The notes under the pieces were generated by a model. It saw only the letters and a program-made list of their open reading frames with translations, had not been told where the DNA came from and ran no database searches. Positions 51,356-60,449 of a stretch of DNA of 64,000 bases are shown here, in pieces (within the stretch, counting starts at the first letter, position 1; every line of letters starts with the position of its first letter). The position numbers were made by a program, and so were the translations under genes. Origin of the DNA: Polyangiales bacterium (GTDB lineage: Bacteria; Myxococcota_A; Polyangia; Polyangiales; Polyangiaceae); contig JBBRNJ010000029.1 in assembly GCA_038230375.1 (NCBI GenBank), positions 30,026 through 94,025 on the forward strand, written 5' to 3'.

Positions 51356-52543
51356 ATGCGATCTGCCTTCGCGGCGCTGGCTGCGTCACTTGTGGCTGGC
51401 CTTCTCGCCAGCTGCGGTGATTCTGGTGGCGATGTGGATGGTGGAAGTGATTCTGGTGGCGACGCGTTGACGCGTGTTGATGGCGATGGTGTGTTCTCGG
51501 ACGGCGGCGGTGCTGGGGATGCGGGTGGTGGTCTCGTGCCGCTCGTCTTCCCTAAGCTTCCCGCTGGTTTTCCTGCTCATTTCTCGTCGCTCACTCCTCC
51601 CGCGATGGTCGCGCGCCTGGACGATCTCTGCGCTATCGACACGGGCTCGACGACGACGAACCCCTCCGTGACGCTTTGCCCGAAGGGCGGCGCGCGGCAG
51701 ACCTCTTCGCCTCCGAACCTCACGGTGGTGAACGCTCAGAACGCCACCGTGCTCTGGGTCGCGTCGCTCGACATCACGCAGGCAGTGAAGGTGACCGGGG
51801 CGCGCGGGCTCGCGATCGTGTCGGCGGGTGAGCTGGACGTTGAAGGCGCGGTCGACGTGTCCGCCAAGGGGGCGGCGGCGGGTCCCGGCGCGCTCGACGA
51901 TCTCGGCGGTGTCGGCGGCGCGAGCCCCTGCGACGGTGGCGCAGGCGGCGCAAGCGCGGGCGCGGGCTTTGGCGGCGACGGCGGCATGGCGCCCAGTGTC
52001 TCTGGCGGCATGTTCTACGGTGAAGACGCCAGCCAGCTCGTAGGCGGCTCGCGAGGCGGCAGCGCCTGCGTGCAAGGCGGAGGAGGCGGAGGCGCGTTGC
52101 AGCTCTCATCGGCGACATCGCTGCTCGTATTGCCCGCGGGCTCGCTTCGCGCTGCGGGCGGCGGCGGCTCCGGGGGCACGGCCTCTTCCGCAGGCGGCGG
52201 CGGGTCCGGCGGGGCGATCTTCCTGGAGTCGCTCGCCGCGTTCCTCGTGAGCACCGACATCAGCGCGAACGGCGGCGGCGGAGGCGGCGCGGGGAATACG
52301 TCCGGTGTCGACGGACTCACGTCGCAGAAACCAGCGCATGGCGGCTTCGCAGGCGACGGCGGCGCGAATGGCGGAAGCGGCGGCGTCGCAGCCGTGTCGC
52401 CGACCGACGGGGTCTCGGACACCACCAACGCGAGCGTGAGCGGCGGAGGCGGAGGCGCCGTGGGCCGCATCTGGCTTCGCTCCATGAAGCCGCCCACTGG
52501 CACTCCGAGCTTCAGCCCTGGGCCCGTGGTCCTTTCATTCTGA
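51356..52543 (+). CDS. Gly-rich lipoprotein
   Basis: LASC lipobox; GGGGG-GGA repeats, GGAVGRIWL. Confidence 0.7.
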   Translation: MRSAFAALAASLVAGLLASCGDSGGDVDGGSDSGGDALTRVDGDGVFSDGGGAGDAGGGLVPLVFPKLPAGFPAHFSSLTPPAMVARLDDLCAIDTGSTTTNPSVTLCPKGGARQTSSPPNLTVVNAQNATVLWVASLDITQAVKVTGARGLAIVSAGELDVEGAVDVSAKGAAAGPGALDDLGGVGGASPCDGGAGGASAGAGFGGDGGMAPSVSGGMFYGEDASQLVGGSRGGSACVQGGGGGGALQLSSATSLLVLPAGSLRAAGGGGSGGTASSAGGGGSGGAIFLESLAAFLVSTDISANGGGGGGAGNTSGVDGLTSQKPAHGGFAGDGGANGGSGGVAAVSPTDGVSDTTNASVSGGGGGAVGRIWLRSMKPPTGTPSFSPGPVVLSF

Positions 52544-52564
52544 GCATCCCAACACGACGCCGCG

Positions 52565-53593
52565 TCACGCGAGCAGCTTGAGCGCCGCCTTGGCCTTCTC
52601 CGCGCGAGCGCTCCCACCGTTTGCGATGCGCGCGAGCGTCTTCTTCACACGCGCTCCGTTCTCGCGGAAGTAGTTCCCGGGCACATCTGCCGCGCCCTTC
52701 ACGCCGATCATGTCGACCATGAGGTCAACGATGCCGTCGTGATCGAACATGGAGAAGTCCGCAAGAAATTCGGGCATGCGCTTTCCGTTCCGCAGCGCCT
52801 TCTTCGACGTGTAGATCGGCAGCATCTCCGGTCCGGCAAGGAAGAGGATGCGCGCCTCCGGGACCCAGTCAGACTTGGCGTTGTCGGCAAGGCGCGTCAG
52901 ATGGATCTTCGGATCGCTCACCATCAGGTAGTAGTACCAGTACTGCCAGTGCGACTTCGCGAGCGTGCGAAGCGCGCCTTCGTTGCCGTGCAGCGCAAGA
53001 TCGAGCCCGCCGCGGATCGAATGCTCACCCTGGTCGAGCTTCGCCTTCACTGACGCCTCGTACACCGCCTCCAGGCCCTTGCGATGCTCGGCAGCCTTCG
53101 CTGATCGGAGGAGCAACAGCCCCGACAGATACGCGAGGAGCGCAATGTCACCGATCGTGTCGTCCTTGAACTTCTTGCCGACTGCGCCTTCGAGCCCCTT
53201 GGTCACCGCGCTGAGAACGTGGTCCGTGCCCACGAGGGCCTCGAGCGTGAAGAGCGAATGCTGCGCCTCGTTGAAGCTATCGCGTCCACCACGCTTGAAC
53301 CATGCGCCCACGATCTGGCTCGCCTCGTCCGGGGTCACGGGACCAGTCGCGGAGGCCGCCTTTGCCACCTCGGGCTCGTCCCAGCCATCCTTGCGTACCG
53401 CGCTCGCGCGCGCAAACGCCGCCGCGGTGAGGCGAGGCCACGCGGAGTGGTACGGCCCCCAGTAGTTCTTGAACGCCTTCGCGACGCTCGCGACGGGCTT
53501 CTTGTCGTCCTTGTGCCCGTCGACCAGCGTGACGAGGTATGGGTATCCGCGCTCGTAGAGCGCAGTCTGCTCGGCGGTGTGGCAAGGCATCAT
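52565..53593 (-). CDS. hypothetical helical protein
   Basis: Strong coding bias from MMPCHTAEQ; TATCCT 7 nt upstream of start. Confidence 0.65.
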   Translation of the reverse strand: MMPCHTAEQTALYERGYPYLVTLVDGHKDDKKPVASVAKAFKNYWGPYHSAWPRLTAAAFARASAVRKDGWDEPEVAKAASATGPVTPDEASQIVGAWFKRGGRDSFNEAQHSLFTLEALVGTDHVLSAVTKGLEGAVGKKFKDDTIGDIALLAYLSGLLLLRSAKAAEHRKGLEAVYEASVKAKLDQGEHSIRGGLDLALHGNEGALRTLAKSHWQYWYYYLMVSDPKIHLTRLADNAKSDWVPEARILFLAGPEMLPIYTSKKALRNGKRMPEFLADFSMFDHDGIVDLMVDMIGVKGAADVPGNYFRENGARVKKTLARIANGGSARAEKAKAALKLLA

Positions 53594-53846
53594 CCCGTGG
53601 AGGATACGAAAGCCCGCGCACAAGTCGACGGTGCTCATCAGGAGATCAGGCTCGATCCTTTGCCACCGCGATGCTCGGGGTTCGTTCACCGGCGGCGCGC
53701 GCGCTCGACGTCCACCGGACTTCCGGGCGTCCACCCTCCGCGTCGCACGCGCCACCTCCAACCCCACGAGCCCAGGCGACTTCATGCGAGACACGGCGGA
53801 GAGCTCGCGGCGACGATGATGGAACACGACGTGCGTCGCGCCGTTC

Positions 53847-54182
53847 ATGCTTCACCCTCACGTTGTCGGCGGGTCCGTTGCCGTTCCCTTGATGTTCGCG
53901 CTCATGCTGGGGTGCGGTGGGCGCACCATGGGGCCCGATCAAGACGGCGATGCCTCGACGATGTCGCCGCCGTCCGATTCCAGTGGTGGGACCAGCCCGA
54001 CATGCGCCGCGACGCGGATCTCGTTCGCGGACGAGTCGAGCGCGCCGTTCGATGCGACGGGCTGCAGCACGAACGCAACCTGCTCCAAAGCCTGCTTCAC
54101 GGCGAACCCTGGTGGGATCGCTGACTGCCACTTGCTCGAGGGCGGAAAGGCCGTCTGCTACTGGACCGAGCTAGGCGGCTGA
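53847..54182 (+). CDS. small Cys-rich lipoprotein
   Basis: MLGC lipobox, six further Cys. Confidence 0.55.
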   Translation: MLHPHVVGGSVAVPLMFALMLGCGGRTMGPDQDGDASTMSPPSDSSGGTSPTCAATRISFADESSAPFDATGCSTNATCSKACFTANPGGIADCHLLEGGKAVCYWTELGG

Positions 54183-56600
54183 TCAGGCTCGGAGCGTTGT
54201 TCCGAAGGCGGCGCTGATCTCGGCGATGACGCGCGTGTGCACGGCGTCGACCTCGGCGTCCGTCAGCGTCTTGTCCTTGCTTCGGTAGACGACCCGGAAC
54301 GCGAGGCTCGCGTGGTCCTTCGGGATGCTCTCGCCCGTGAACCGATCGAAGAGCGATACCTCCTCGCAGAGTTCGCCGGCTGCCTTCTTGACGCCGCGGA
54401 GGACGTCGCCCGCGGGGACGTCATCGGACACGACGAGCGCGATGTCGCGCGTGTTCTTCGGGAAGCGCGGGAGCGGCGCACAGCGAACCGGCTGCGCCCT
54501 TGCGAGCGGCATCACGTCGAGCTCGACCACGACGACGTCAGAGCCCAGATCGAATGCCTCGAGGACATCCGGGTGGAGCGGGCCCACGCGGCCAACGAGT
54601 GTATCATGCACGTATATCGCAGCGGAGCCACGCGGGTGCAAGTGGGCGAACGTCTTGTCGCGGCGGAGGTCCGCGCGCGCGCCGGTGACCCGGAAGACCA
54701 TCTCCTCCGCGATGCCGAGCGCGTCCCACACGTCGACAGGGCGCGCCTTCTGGAGGTACGCGGGAGAATCGCCCGCGAGCAACGCAGCAAAGCGCGCCGT
54801 CTCCACGGGCAGATTGTCCGCTGATTCTCGGAGCTCGGACGCGGTGCCCCTGGCTTCGTAGGTGTTGCCCACGGTGAAGAGGCGCGCGCTCCGTTCGCCG
54901 TGGCGGCGCGCATTCCCGAGCGCGTCGATGAGCCCCACGAGCATGCTGGTCCGCATGACGGCCTGCAATTCGGAGAGCGGGTTCTTCAGCGTGACCGAGG
55001 GCGTGGGCGCATGCAGCTTCGCCAGCGACTCCTTCGTGGTGAACGCGAACGTCACCGCCTCCGAGAGGCCCAGGGAAACAGCTGCCTCGCGCACGCGGGA
55101 GAACGCTGCCTCGCGGCCGCCCACGTCGCGCGTGGGCCGCACGGCCGGGAGCTCTGCGGGCACGGTGTCGATGCCGCGCACGCGGATCACCTCTTCGATG
55201 AGGTCGACCTCGCGGAGAAGATCGGGGCGGTGCGACGGTGCCTGGACGTCCGCCTCCGTGTCGTTACCGGCGGACGAAGAGTGGACCACGCAGCCAAGGC
55301 GTGTGAGCGTTGCCAGCGCCTCTGCCATGGGCACGTCGATGCCGAGCAGAGCGCGGATCTTCGCGTGGCGGAGGCGGATGACCTTGCGAGACAGCGGCTC
55401 GCCGTGGACCACGATGTGCCCCGCGAGGGCCTTCGTGCCGGGCGAGAGGCGGGACGTGAGGTCCACCGCGCGTGCGAGCACGTACGCGTGGTCGTCCCAG
55501 TCCACGCCGCGCTCGAAGCGGTGGCTGGACTCGGTGTGCAGACCGTGGCGGCGCGCCGTTCGACGTACGCCCCGCGGGTCGAAGTATGCGCACTCGAAGA
55601 GCACACGCGTGGTGTCGTTGCCTATCTCGCTGTCCGCGCCGCCCATCACGCCGGCAAGCGCCACGGGGCCGCGACCGTCACAGATGAGGAGGTCGTCTTC
55701 GGAGAGCTCGCGCGTGACGCCGTCGAGCGTCTTCATCGCGTCCGTCTCCAGCGCGCGACGCACGATGATATGTGCATCCTGCACGTGATCGTAGTCGAAC
55801 GCGTGCATGGGGTGCCCGGTCTCCAGCATGACCAGGTTCGTCACGTCGACCACGTTGGAGATGGCGCGAACGCCCAGCGACTCCAGTCGGTAGCGGGCCC
55901 ACGCAGGCGACGGGCCGACCTTCACGTTGATGGCGCCAGCCGCGGCGTAGACAGGGCAGCGCGCGCCGTCCTCCACAGTGACCTTTGCAGAGAGCAGCTC
56001 GATGGTGTCGCGTCCCTCGGTCTCGACGACGAACGGCGGCTTCCAGTGAATGCCGACAAGGGCAGCGAGCTCGCGCGCAAGACCGATGTGACCAAGACCG
56101 TCGGGCCGGTTCGGCGTGAGGCCGATCTCGAAGATCACGTCGTTCGGAACGAGCTCGGTGAAGCGCTGCCCGCGCGTGCCCTGGTCCAGGATGATGATGC
56201 CGTCCGACTCCTCGGAGAGGCCGAGCTCGGAGTCGCTGCAGAGCATGCCCTCGCTCGGGATGCCGCCGATGTCGCGCTTCCCGATCGTCATGTTCTTTGC
56301 AGGCAGATGCGTGCCCAGCGGCGCGAGCACCACGAGCCCGCCCGGCTCCGGCACGTTCGGGGCGCCGCACACGATCTCCTGCTGCGCTGCGCCTGTGTCC
56401 ACGGTGACGAGCCGAAGCCCGGACTTCGTGGGGTGCGGGCGCATGGCGAGGACCTTCACCACGATGCACTCGTCCGGCGCGCCGTAGGGCTTCTGGCCCT
56501 CCACCTCGATACCAGCGCCCGTGAGCTTGTCTGCGACTTCGCTCGGGGACAGCGTGAGGCCGGGGCAGAGCTCTTTCAACCAGTTGTATGATGCAAGCAT
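54183..56600 (-). CDS. pheT: phenylalanine--tRNA ligase beta subunit
   Basis: IVCGAPN, SEGMLCS, LTPNRPD, SHRFERGVD, DLIEEV, ferredoxin-fold anticodon domain; 805 aa. Confidence 0.98.
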   Translation of the reverse strand: MLASYNWLKELCPGLTLSPSEVADKLTGAGIEVEGQKPYGAPDECIVVKVLAMRPHPTKSGLRLVTVDTGAAQQEIVCGAPNVPEPGGLVVLAPLGTHLPAKNMTIGKRDIGGIPSEGMLCSDSELGLSEESDGIIILDQGTRGQRFTELVPNDVIFEIGLTPNRPDGLGHIGLARELAALVGIHWKPPFVVETEGRDTIELLSAKVTVEDGARCPVYAAAGAINVKVGPSPAWARYRLESLGVRAISNVVDVTNLVMLETGHPMHAFDYDHVQDAHIIVRRALETDAMKTLDGVTRELSEDDLLICDGRGPVALAGVMGGADSEIGNDTTRVLFECAYFDPRGVRRTARRHGLHTESSHRFERGVDWDDHAYVLARAVDLTSRLSPGTKALAGHIVVHGEPLSRKVIRLRHAKIRALLGIDVPMAEALATLTRLGCVVHSSSAGNDTEADVQAPSHRPDLLREVDLIEEVIRVRGIDTVPAELPAVRPTRDVGGREAAFSRVREAAVSLGLSEAVTFAFTTKESLAKLHAPTPSVTLKNPLSELQAVMRTSMLVGLIDALGNARRHGERSARLFTVGNTYEARGTASELRESADNLPVETARFAALLAGDSPAYLQKARPVDVWDALGIAEEMVFRVTGARADLRRDKTFAHLHPRGSAAIYVHDTLVGRVGPLHPDVLEAFDLGSDVVVVELDVMPLARAQPVRCAPLPRFPKNTRDIALVVSDDVPAGDVLRGVKKAAGELCEEVSLFDRFTGESIPKDHASLAFRVVYRSKDKTLTDAEVDAVHTRVIAEISAAFGTTLRA

Positions 56601-56610
56601 TTTGAAACGC

Positions 56611-57678
56611 CTAGAATTGGGAAAGGAAGCGCGGATCGTTCTCGAACATCATGCGCAGGTTGGGAATGCCGTACCGCACCATGGCCGTGCGCTCCAGGCC
56701 CAGACCGAGCGCGAAGCCGGAGTACTTCTCGGGATCAATGCCGCAGGCCTCGAACACGGTGGGATGGATCATGCCGCAGCCCATGATCTCGATGAAGCCG
56801 GTGTGCTTGCACACGCCGCAGCCCAGGCGCTTGCCGGTCTTCTCGTCCTTGCAGAACGGACAGCCAAGGTCGACCTCTGCGCCAGGCTCCACGAACGGGA
56901 AGTAGCTTGGCCGCAGACGCACGGGAGTTCCGTCGCCAAAGAGGCGCGCAGCGAACTCGCTGAGGACCCCGCGCAGGTGCGCCAGCGTGACGTGCTCGTC
57001 CACCAGGAACGCCTCGATCTGGTGGAACATGGGCGAGTGCGTCATGTCGTCATCGCGACGGAACACGGTGCCCGGCGCGATGAACGCGAACGGCGGCTTC
57101 ATCGTGGACATGGCGCGGATCTGGATGTTGCTGGTGTGCGAGCGGAGCAGGTGGCCCTTGTCCGTGTAGAACGTGTCCTGCATGTCGGTCGCGGGATGAT
57201 CCGGCGGGTAACCGAGCTTGCCGAAATTGTTCTCCTCGGTGTCGATGTCCGGACCGTCGAACACGGCAAAGCCCATGCTGCGGAAGATCTCCACGAGCTC
57301 CTCGCGCACGATCGAGATGGGATGACGATGCCCCCGCGGCGCAGGAATACGTGCAGGCAACGTGAGATCGAAGGGACGAGCATTGAGCTCCGCGTCGCGC
57401 TTCCTCATCGCGATCTCGCGAAGGCGCGCCTCGAAGCCAGCTTCGACCTTCGCCTTCACTGCGTTCGCCGCCTCACCGATCGCCTTGCGCGCCTCGGGCG
57501 CCACGCGACCGAGCTCCTTCAAGATCGCCGAGAGCTCGCCCTTCTTGCCAAGGATCTTCGCGTTCTCGTCACGAAGCGCCTGCTCCGTCTCGGCGCCAAC
57601 AAAGCGCGCAGGGAACGCAGCTTCGAGCGCCGCGAGGGCGCGGTCGATCTCGGCCTTCTTGTCGTCTGCCTCGGACAT
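56611..57678 (-). CDS. pheS: phenylalanine--tRNA ligase alpha subunit
   Basis: HPATDMQDTF, LRSHTS, THSPMFHQIE, RPSYFPFVEP, GCGMIHP, GLERTAM; start MSEAD. Confidence 0.98.
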   Translation of the reverse strand: MSEADDKKAEIDRALAALEAAFPARFVGAETEQALRDENAKILGKKGELSAILKELGRVAPEARKAIGEAANAVKAKVEAGFEARLREIAMRKRDAELNARPFDLTLPARIPAPRGHRHPISIVREELVEIFRSMGFAVFDGPDIDTEENNFGKLGYPPDHPATDMQDTFYTDKGHLLRSHTSNIQIRAMSTMKPPFAFIAPGTVFRRDDDMTHSPMFHQIEAFLVDEHVTLAHLRGVLSEFAARLFGDGTPVRLRPSYFPFVEPGAEVDLGCPFCKDEKTGKRLGCGVCKHTGFIEIMGCGMIHPTVFEACGIDPEKYSGFALGLGLERTAMVRYGIPNLRMMFENDPRFLSQF

Positions 57679-57752
57679 GCGCTGGGGTTTACCACAGCTT
57701 CCGTCGCGTATCGGCGGGTCGCGCATGCTCGAGAGCCACCGCACCTCCGCTG

Positions 57753-57795
57753 AAAACACGAAGGCCGCGCTCCCTCGCGAGAGCACGGCCCGTGT
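57753..57795 (-). terminator. putative intrinsic terminator after rplT
   Basis: Minus strand GGCCGTGCTC-loop-GAGCGCGGCC followed by TTCGTGTTTT. Confidence 0.65.
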
Positions 57796-57811
57796 GAATC
57801 AGTCTCTGGAG

Positions 57812-58183
57812 CTACGCCGTGGCGCCGCCGGGCTTGGTCGCGCCGGAGGCCTTCACGACCTGCGTGAAGCCGTTCGGATCCTGGATCGCGATGTCCGAGA
57901 GGACCTTGCGATCGAGAGCGATCTTCGAGTTCTTGAGGCCGTGCATCAGGCGCGAGTACGTCGTGCCGTTCGCACGCGCTGCTGCGTTGATGCGCGCGAT
58001 CCAGAGGCGACGGAAGTCGCGCTTCTTGCGCTTGCGGTGAGCGTAGGCATAGACCCACGCCTTCATCACGACTTCCTTCGCGTAGGCGAAGAGGCGCGAG
58101 CGCGCGCTGTGGAAACCCGAAGCGTGCTTCAGGATGCGGTTACGACGGCGACGGGCCTTGAATCCTCGTTTTGCGCGGGGCAT
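57812..58183 (-). CDS. rplT: 50S ribosomal protein L20
   Basis: MPRAKRG...[14 protein letters not shown]...[10 protein letters not shown]. Confidence 0.98.
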   Translation of the reverse strand: MPRAKRGFKARRRRNRILKHASGFHSARSRLFAYAKEVVMKAWVYAYAHRKRKKRDFRRLWIARINAAARANGTTYSRLMHGLKNSKIALDRKVLSDIAIQDPNGFTQVVKASGATKPGGATA

Positions 58184-58201
58184 GTTCTGGTCCTTTCGCT
58201 T

Positions 58202-58399
58202 TCAGCCGTAGGGAAGCATGCGCTTTACATGCTTCTGCATGGTCTTGTGGACCATGTCGTTGTTGCGAAGGCGGCGGAGACGCTTGCGCGATTTCTCCTG
58301 CATGCCGTGGTTGCCGCCGCATTTGGGGCGACGGACGCGCCCGGACCCGCTGATGCGATATCGCTTGGCGGCGGACTTTCTGGTCTTCATTTTGGGCAT
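58202..58399 (-). CDS. rpmI: 50S ribosomal protein L35
   Basis: MPKMKTRKSAAKRY...MLPYG, 65 aa, AGGAG SD. Confidence 0.97.
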   Translation of the reverse strand: MPKMKTRKSAAKRYRISGSGRVRRPKCGGNHGMQEKSRKRLRRLRNNDMVHKTMQKHVKRMLPYG

Positions 58400-58469
58400 T
58401 GTCGTGCTCCTGACCGCTCCGAGCAGGCCGCGAGTGCGGTTTGATGCCTGCGTAGATGCGGGGCCGAGG

Positions 58470-58498
58470 GTTATGGCGAAAACCCGAGCCCCTGTCAA
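58470..58498 (-). promoter_or_regulatory. sigma70 promoter of rpmI-rplT
   Basis: TTGACA-17nt-CATAAC on the minus strand. Confidence 0.75.
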
Positions 58499-58585
58499 GC
58501 ATGCCCGTCCGCTGGACCGGAAGCGCGCCCGCCAGGCCCAGGCGCTCCCCAGCAGCACTCATTCTTTGTTCAGTCAGAGCTTCAG

Positions 58586-60367
58586 TCAAATCAGGGCGGT
58601 GAATGAGTCGCGCACGCGTTCGAGCTTCTCCTTCGCCCGCGCCTGCGCGTCCGCCATGGGCTCGCCCTCACGCACCGCCATGCGCAGGTCGAAGTAGAAC
58701 TTCACCTTTGGCTCGGTGCCGCTCGGCCGCGCGATGACGCGGCTCCCACCATCCAGATCGTAGGCAAGCACGTTGGACGGTGGCAGCCCGAGCGACTCCT
58801 TCGTCCCGTCCTTCTTCGTGCGCAGGCCCAGCTCATAGTCGGCGTGGCCGACCACGGCCAGACCACCGAGCTCCGTGGGCGGGTTCGCGCGGAGCTTCTG
58901 CATGATCGCGCCGATCTCCTTCGACCCATCCGCGCCCTTCTTGGTCACGTTGACCTGCGTGCTCACGAACAGACCGAAGCGGCGGAAGAGCTCCTCGAGC
59001 CGATCCTGCACGGTCTTTCCTTCCGCGCGCAGCTGCGCCACGAGCTCCGCGAAGACCAGCGCCGCGCCGATGCCGTCCTTGTCGCGCACCAGCGTGCCCA
59101 CCGTGTAGCCCAGCGCCTCTTCGAAGCCGAACGCCAGCTTCGCGCCGCGCTCCGCCTCGATCTGCATCGCGCGGTGCTCGATCCACTTGAAGCCAGTGAG
59201 CGTCTCCTCGTAACGCACACCCAGGGCGCGTGCGATGACGCCGAGCATGGGTGACGACACGATGGACGCCAGGGCAACGCGCGAGTGGCTCGTGTCGTCT
59301 GGGTCGCGCGTGAGCACGTGGTGACCGAGCAGGACGCCCACCTCGTTACCTGTAAGCTGCATGTATCCCGTGGGCGATCCTGCCTGCGGCACCGCGACCG
59401 CGAGCCGGTCGGCGTCCGGGTCGTTTGCGAGCACCAGGTCCGCGCTCTCCTTGCGTGCAAGGGCGAACGCCAGGTCCATGGCGCCCTTCTCCTCCGGATT
59501 GGGGAACGCGACGGTGGGAAACGCGCCATCGGGATTCTTCTGCTCGGGCACGCTGGTCACGTTCGGAAAGCCGGACTCCGCGAGCGCCGCCATCGCGAGC
59601 TGGTTTCCCACGCCGTGCATCGCCGTGTACACGATGCGAAGGCTGCGATCACCGCCTTTGCGACCAAGGCCCAGGACGCCGGCCTTGTAGGCATCCCACG
59701 CCTCCGGGCCGAGCATCTGCAGGCGCTTGTCGCTGAGCGTGCGCTCCAGATCGTCGAGCGGGATCTCCTTCGCGGCAGGCGCCGAGTCGATGCGCTGCTT
59801 GATGTCGGCATCCACGGGCGGCACGATCTGCGCGCCGCTCTTCCAGTAGACCTTGTAGCCGTTGTACTCGCGCGGGTTGTGGCTGGCCGTGACCATGATG
59901 CCCGCGGCGGCGTGCAGCCTTGTCACCGTGAACGCCGTGAGCGGAGTGGGGCCGCACGCGGAGAAGAGGCGCACGCCGATGCCCATCCGGGTGAGCACCA
60001 TCGCAGCGTCTCGCGCGAAGACGTCGCTCTGCCTTCGCCCGTCGTAGCCAATGACGACCACCGGCGCGTCACCGGACGCGTTCGACCACTCGGGGAGCTT
60101 GGCGGAAAGCGCAAGGAGCTCCTTCCCCAGGCCATACGTCGTGCGACGCACCACCGCGCGGTTCATGCGATTCTCGCCCGCACCGATGACGCCGCGTAGC
60201 CCCGCCGTCCCGAACTCCAGCGGACCGGCAAACCTGTCCGCGAGCTCCACGCGATTCGCCTCCGGCTGCTCGAGGAGCGCCGACAGCTCACGACGCGTGT
60301 CGGGATCCGGGTCGCCATCCAGCCAGGCGCGGGCGCGATTGATGATGGCTTGCATGAGGATTGTCAT
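58586..60367 (-). CDS. phosphoglucomutase/phosphomannomutase family phospho-sugar mutase
   Basis: FGTAGLRG, TASHNP, DPDADR, FEEALGY, RPSGTEPK. Confidence 0.95.
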   Translation of the reverse strand: MTILMQAIINRARAWLDGDPDPDTRRELSALLEQPEANRVELADRFAGPLEFGTAGLRGVIGAGENRMNRAVVRRTTYGLGKELLALSAKLPEWSNASGDAPVVVIGYDGRRQSDVFARDAAMVLTRMGIGVRLFSACGPTPLTAFTVTRLHAAAGIMVTASHNPREYNGYKVYWKSGAQIVPPVDADIKQRIDSAPAAKEIPLDDLERTLSDKRLQMLGPEAWDAYKAGVLGLGRKGGDRSLRIVYTAMHGVGNQLAMAALAESGFPNVTSVPEQKNPDGAFPTVAFPNPEEKGAMDLAFALARKESADLVLANDPDADRLAVAVPQAGSPTGYMQLTGNEVGVLLGHHVLTRDPDDTSHSRVALASIVSSPMLGVIARALGVRYEETLTGFKWIEHRAMQIEAERGAKLAFGFEEALGYTVGTLVRDKDGIGAALVFAELVAQLRAEGKTVQDRLEELFRRFGLFVSTQVNVTKKGADGSKEIGAIMQKLRANPPTELGGLAVVGHADYELGLRTKKDGTKESLGLPPSNVLAYDLDGGSRVIARPSGTEPKVKFYFDLRMAVREGEPMADAQARAKEKLERVRDSFTALI

Positions 60368-60449
60368 AGTCCGAACCCAGGTGCCTGGGAAGGCTGCGAG
60401 GCGCGCTTAGTCAGCCACGATGCGCGCGTTGGGCTAAGCTCCCACGCCG

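Noticed and set aside
57679..57811. pheM-like attenuator peptide or T-box upstream of pheS
   Set aside because: No Phe-rich short ORF and no T-box sequence seen; the hairpin is better explained as the rplT terminator
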